A DNA stretch of 64,000 bases. It comes from Amoebidium appalachense. Lineage: Eukaryota > Protista > Ichthyosporea. The translations under genes were made by a program, and so were the position numbers. Location of the stretch: assembly GCA_963693365.1 (NCBI GenBank), contig CAVNZM010000006.1:3100001-3164000 (forward strand). The letters run 5' to 3'. How positions within the stretch are numbered: the first letter of the stretch is position 1; each line of letters begins with the position of its first letter. Below are positions 52,467 to 64,000 of this stretch, piece by piece. Below the pieces are notes generated by a model. It had not been told where the DNA came from, searched no databases, and was given only the letters and a program-made list of their open reading frames with translations.

Positions 52467-53732
52467 AGATATACATCGAGTCACCCCAGACACGGAAGCC
52501 CCCCAGATCAATAAACATCACGATGTAAATGGGGCTTCCGGGACCTGGCGTCCTCAGTCTTTTCCTTGTCCAAAACACCGACTTTCGTTCGTGTTCAAAT
52601 TCATATTCCCATCATATTTCGATGTCGCATGGTAGCAGAGAAGGAAGGTCTCCCTTGGGGGGTAACCAGGTAAACACGCTTCCACACGCGCGCTCTGCTA
52701 TCATGCTACGATAGCCCATTTTTACGGACGGATGGTCACAGCAGTCCACGTATAACTATGGATACACGAGGATGCATTTGCTTACTTATTCGGACGTCGC
52801 CCGCAATGAGGCCATTTTTTTGCCATTTTTTTGCAACAGCCATAACATTTTTCCTATTGTAGCACACACAACTCGGTTTTCGCACCAGCCCATTTCTCAT
52901 GAGCGCATTATCTTTCCCCATTTTCCACACACGACCACGTGCACAGTGATCGGCAAGTTTTGGTCCTGATACTTTGTGCGTATAAGCAAAGCACGAGAAA
53001 CGCCACCCCCGTGTGCTGCTAATCCCGCATAATGGGTGCCAGCCAGACACTAAGCCCAGCACACGTTTGCCGGAGTGTGTGAGTCTCGGACTTTGCTTGT
53101 GCCCACACAGTGGTTAAGGTCACTACCTGACGATCACTAGAGTCGTGTGTTTTCCTTCAGTCTGAACAGCCGTCGTTTGCGCAAACTTCGTGTATATACC
53201 CAATCACGATATATTTCAACATGTACATCCGAAAGATCTATGTCTGCTTCTCGCTCTTGCTCGCCCCTGCTTACATGTTTTGCTTTTATGTTTTGTACCC
53301 ACGTGAGGTCATCCTCAGAGGCACTGCAGCCCGCCCACGTGTGGTTAGGGGATGGCTTGAAGGTTTGCCTGTCCCTGACATATACACTGTGACGCCCCCC
53401 CCCCTACCCCTAGTATGCATCCACATGCTTATATGTTTGCACCCACGTACTAGCCTTATCCATGTGTGAGGACACGCACTATCCTTCTCTCGTGCGCTTA
53501 ATTAATTCATGTGACGTAGATATACTTCGAGTCACCCGAGACACGGATGCCCCCCAGATCAATAAACATCATGATGTAAATGGGGCTTCCGGGACCTGGC
53601 GTCCTCAGTCTTTTCCTTGTCCAAAACATAGTTCTTGTCAACGAAAGCTGTGACCATCCGTCCCCCATCCGACTTTCATCCGTGTTCAAATTCATATTCC
53701 CAATAATTTTCCCATCACATTTCGATGTCGCA
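52467..53732. repeat. Pair of direct repeats (52467-52629 and 53518-53732) flanking ~0.9 kb of non-coding DNA
   Basis: Shared GATATAC.TCGAGTCACCC..CCCCCAGATCAATAAACATCA.GATGTAAATGGGGCTTCCGGGACCTGGCGTCCTCAGTCTTTTCCTTGTCCAAAACA...TTTCGATGTCGCA; copy 1 has internal deletions. Confidence 0.85.
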
Positions 53733-54734
53733 CGCAGATTCACTTCTATTTATAATTGGACAAAAGATTATTCAGGTGAGCTCTAATCCAATCGGAAGCT
53801 TTGTTTACTTTCTTCCGATTGGGAGAATAAAATCCAGCCTGCCCGGCGGCGGGGCGGCGGCGCCGGCAGGGGCCCCAGGCTGGTTTGTAGGCCTACAAGT
53901 TCACAGACCAGCGCCACCCTGCTACCGTAAACAAAGGGTGTTATCATTAACGCCATCAATGCTACCAACCGCAGAAATAATAACCTAATTAGAACAATAA
54001 CCTATTTGAATTGCAAACTTATCGGTAACATTTCCGCGAGTCACGCGACCCCTGAGACCCGCAGTGATCATGAAGCTCGAGCCTCGGACGTCGACTCTCA
54101 GTCTCATAATTGTCACGTGTACCCGGCGGAGCTGCGCAGTCCCGTGGTTTTCGGCCCTGCGTGCGAAACGAGCTTCATGATTCTGCTATATCGTGAAACA
54201 CATTTCAGAAGAAATATTCTACTGAAGCATGCACATGCATGCAGGGGCAGGGGCCAGGCATCGTCGATTTGTGCCGCAGAATCATTTGTGCGGCACTTGC
54301 CACGGACCACGGTGCACTTGACAAACTTGTGCGGCGTGCCGCCACGATCCAAGATGATGATTGGTTAGGCACACAGGCTTTCGATTGGCTTTACCCGCAC
54401 CCACTGGAATGCGAATATAGATGGCGCGTGGCAACAGAAATGGCGTTACCTACCTGCAATATTTTCACACTCACACGACACAAGTTGTAGCTCACCAAGT
54501 TTCTCTGGTTCGTTTTATCCTTTCTCAACTTTCGATGTTTCTTTTTCCATGCACCATACGGGATTTCTTTGTAACAAAAGTGGGGTTGTGTGGAAACGAG
54601 TCGTTAACTGTTTTTTCCCTCCCCACAATTAACGAGGACTATTCAGCGAAACATACGTCTAATGGTGATTTACATGAGCTCAACTCTTTTCAAACGGGAA
54701 AACTTGTATGCACTTTCAACATTAGAAAACCATA

Positions 54735-61922
<7,188 letters not shown>

Positions 61923-64000
61923 ACGGGGAGACATTGAATGCACCGAAAAGCATGAGGGGAGGAATAGCAGCCGGCCGGATAAAGTACTTTCCTTGGCTAA
62001 TTCCGAGACCCCCTACCGGGCCTAGTAGGCCCCGAAGCATGTAAAGTGTCGCTATGTATTAGGTTAGGAGGCATTGATGTTGGTACTGGAGCTTTATAGG
62101 CCTCGACAAACAGATTAGTATTGAGTATTAGTAGCTACATATATGGAAGCAGAGATCTTTCAGAGCACCATGATGATTATAAACCTAACCCCGCAAGCAT
62201 CAACATGCATCCATCAGGCACTGGCCGGCATGCATGCGCATGATGCGTGCATGCACCTACATCACATAAATGTACGGGCATGCAGCATGACTTTTAATCA
62301 ATAAAAATGCATACAACACTCTTAACGCACGACCGTAAATGAAAAGGCTGTATACGCAATAATAATACTATCACTTTTTATTTTTAAAAAGAGTGTTTTT
62401 GTCTTACCAACACGTGTGCGAAACGTGTAGGACGCCACGAAACACAACTTCTTTGAATGTAGACGAATGGAAAGAAGCAGCCTCTCGATTGCTGTGGCCA
62501 TCCCTATTGGTGGATCTCAAATGTCAATTGGATCTGTGTATTACATAAACCATTATGATTGGGTCGTACCAATTCTACTTCCACAACACCAATCACAAAC
62601 GCATATGCCAATCCTTTTTGATAGCGACGTGCATTCCTTAGGAAATAGGTGGTGCCGTTTAAGCCAATCAGATACTTGAACGTTTTTGATTGGTTGTTGC
62701 CCGAGAGAGAGAATTGGCCAACCACGCGCGACACACAACAACCTTTCAAGTCTTCAAAAGTTGTTGTTTATCAAGCCAGAAAAAACAATTATACAAGCAT
62801 TTGTTCTGAATCGCGCCAGAGAATCAATTTACAATATGTATTTAGACAACACTACAACTGTTTAAGATATAAAAACGAGGACATTGATTGTGCATTCATG
62901 ATACGGTCATATTGGTTGCCCTGTGCATGCATGCCCCGGCCGAGCACGACACGTCTTTGTGCGTGTGGCACCGTACCAATTTGTCCACCGCAGCATGCCA
63001 CAGTCCCGTGCGGCGAGAGCCCAGCCTCTAGTACGCGGTACGGGTCATTATCTCTGCTCGTGCCTGACGGGGTGCACACTTCACGTGTGGTTTTGCCGCT
63101 TAGTACTCTATTAGTTAGTTGGGGATTGACTTGAAACCTCACAAACTGCACATAGTGGGCTAGGCCATTCTGAAACCGGACGGGATTCGAATCATTTTTC
63201 ACATGCGGCACTAATTAGTTGGTTTTCCAATATACTGTGTTAACGACACTGTAGAAACATTTCCGTGACCAGTGCATTTATACAGTAGAGGGTCTCATTC
63301 ACCGTACTTGGCCTATATTCGTATCAACAGTAGTGTGACTCCAAGTGCGTTCCAACAAAAGTTTATGGACTAAGTACTTCATGCCCATATGCATGCACCT
63401 CACGGTCTCACATATCGGGCTGCAAGGTGTGTTGTAGTGATTCAATGTACTTGGCACACCGTCACGTATACGCGTAAAGACTAAAATTATTCACTTATAA
63501 ACATGGAGCTTTCGCTGGCGAAATGAACCAGCGTTGCTACGCTTTAAAAGTTCTGCAAAGATACTGTGACACGACCCATGCATTTTAGCAATAATTAGCC
63601 GTAGCATTAGTGATAGCTAGAAGCATGAACAAAACGCAAAAAGGCAGTGGGCCGGGGTACCTGGGGCTACCTGCGAGCAGCATCTACCCCTTAACCCCAC
63701 CCGAGAGTCCTGTAGGTCAGGAACTCACCGTCGGACCTGGACCCGGTGCAGCGATTCTACCCACACCTACCCTTCATTCTCGCCCACCCCTTCTTGGTCA
63801 GAAGCCCACACTTAGCCCATCCCACACTGGTAGTCAGCGAGGTGCTTTACCACACACAGCCAGTTACGCGCAACAACGACGGTCAGCTCCTTCTGTTAGC
63901 GGACCTCTTCCTTTTACAAATTCACGCTTGCCATCCTCCTATCTACCAACACACAATTTTTCCTTGCGCCGCCATACGGCCACGACAGCCGCTACTTCCA

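Overview
Eukaryotic genomic DNA, most likely from a unicellular opisthokont (inferred from the GT15, Vts1/Smaug, TTC13 and VWC-type gene set; not determinable exactly). Seven protein genes can be assembled by hand from GT-AG exons: (1) a 5'-partial KRE2/KTR-type GT15 mannosyltransferase spliced onto a METTL24-like methyltransferase domain (+); (2) a secreted mucin-like protein with nine half-VWC modules (-); (3) a BAG-like protein with a long Q-rich tract (-); (4) TTC13-like TPR protein (-); (5) an intronless Vts1/Smaug-like SAM protein (-); (6) NSUN5/RCM1 (+); (7) an MFS transporter (+). Also present: tRNA-Thr(UGU), a 5'-truncated non-LTR retrotransposon, two retroposon 3' ends and a Tourist-like MITE. 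Three signals stand out: four short palindromes that look like P-superfamily excision footprints retaining at most 21 nt of TIR; a dispersed ~100-260 bp element whose intronic copies are all sense to the host gene and mostly abut poly(C); and introns in which (CA)n arrays replace the polypyrimidine tract while C-runs follow weak donors. Most ORF-track entries are microsatellite noise. Several frameshifts at C/G homopolymers are probably assembly errors. Exon boundaries are manual and approximate.
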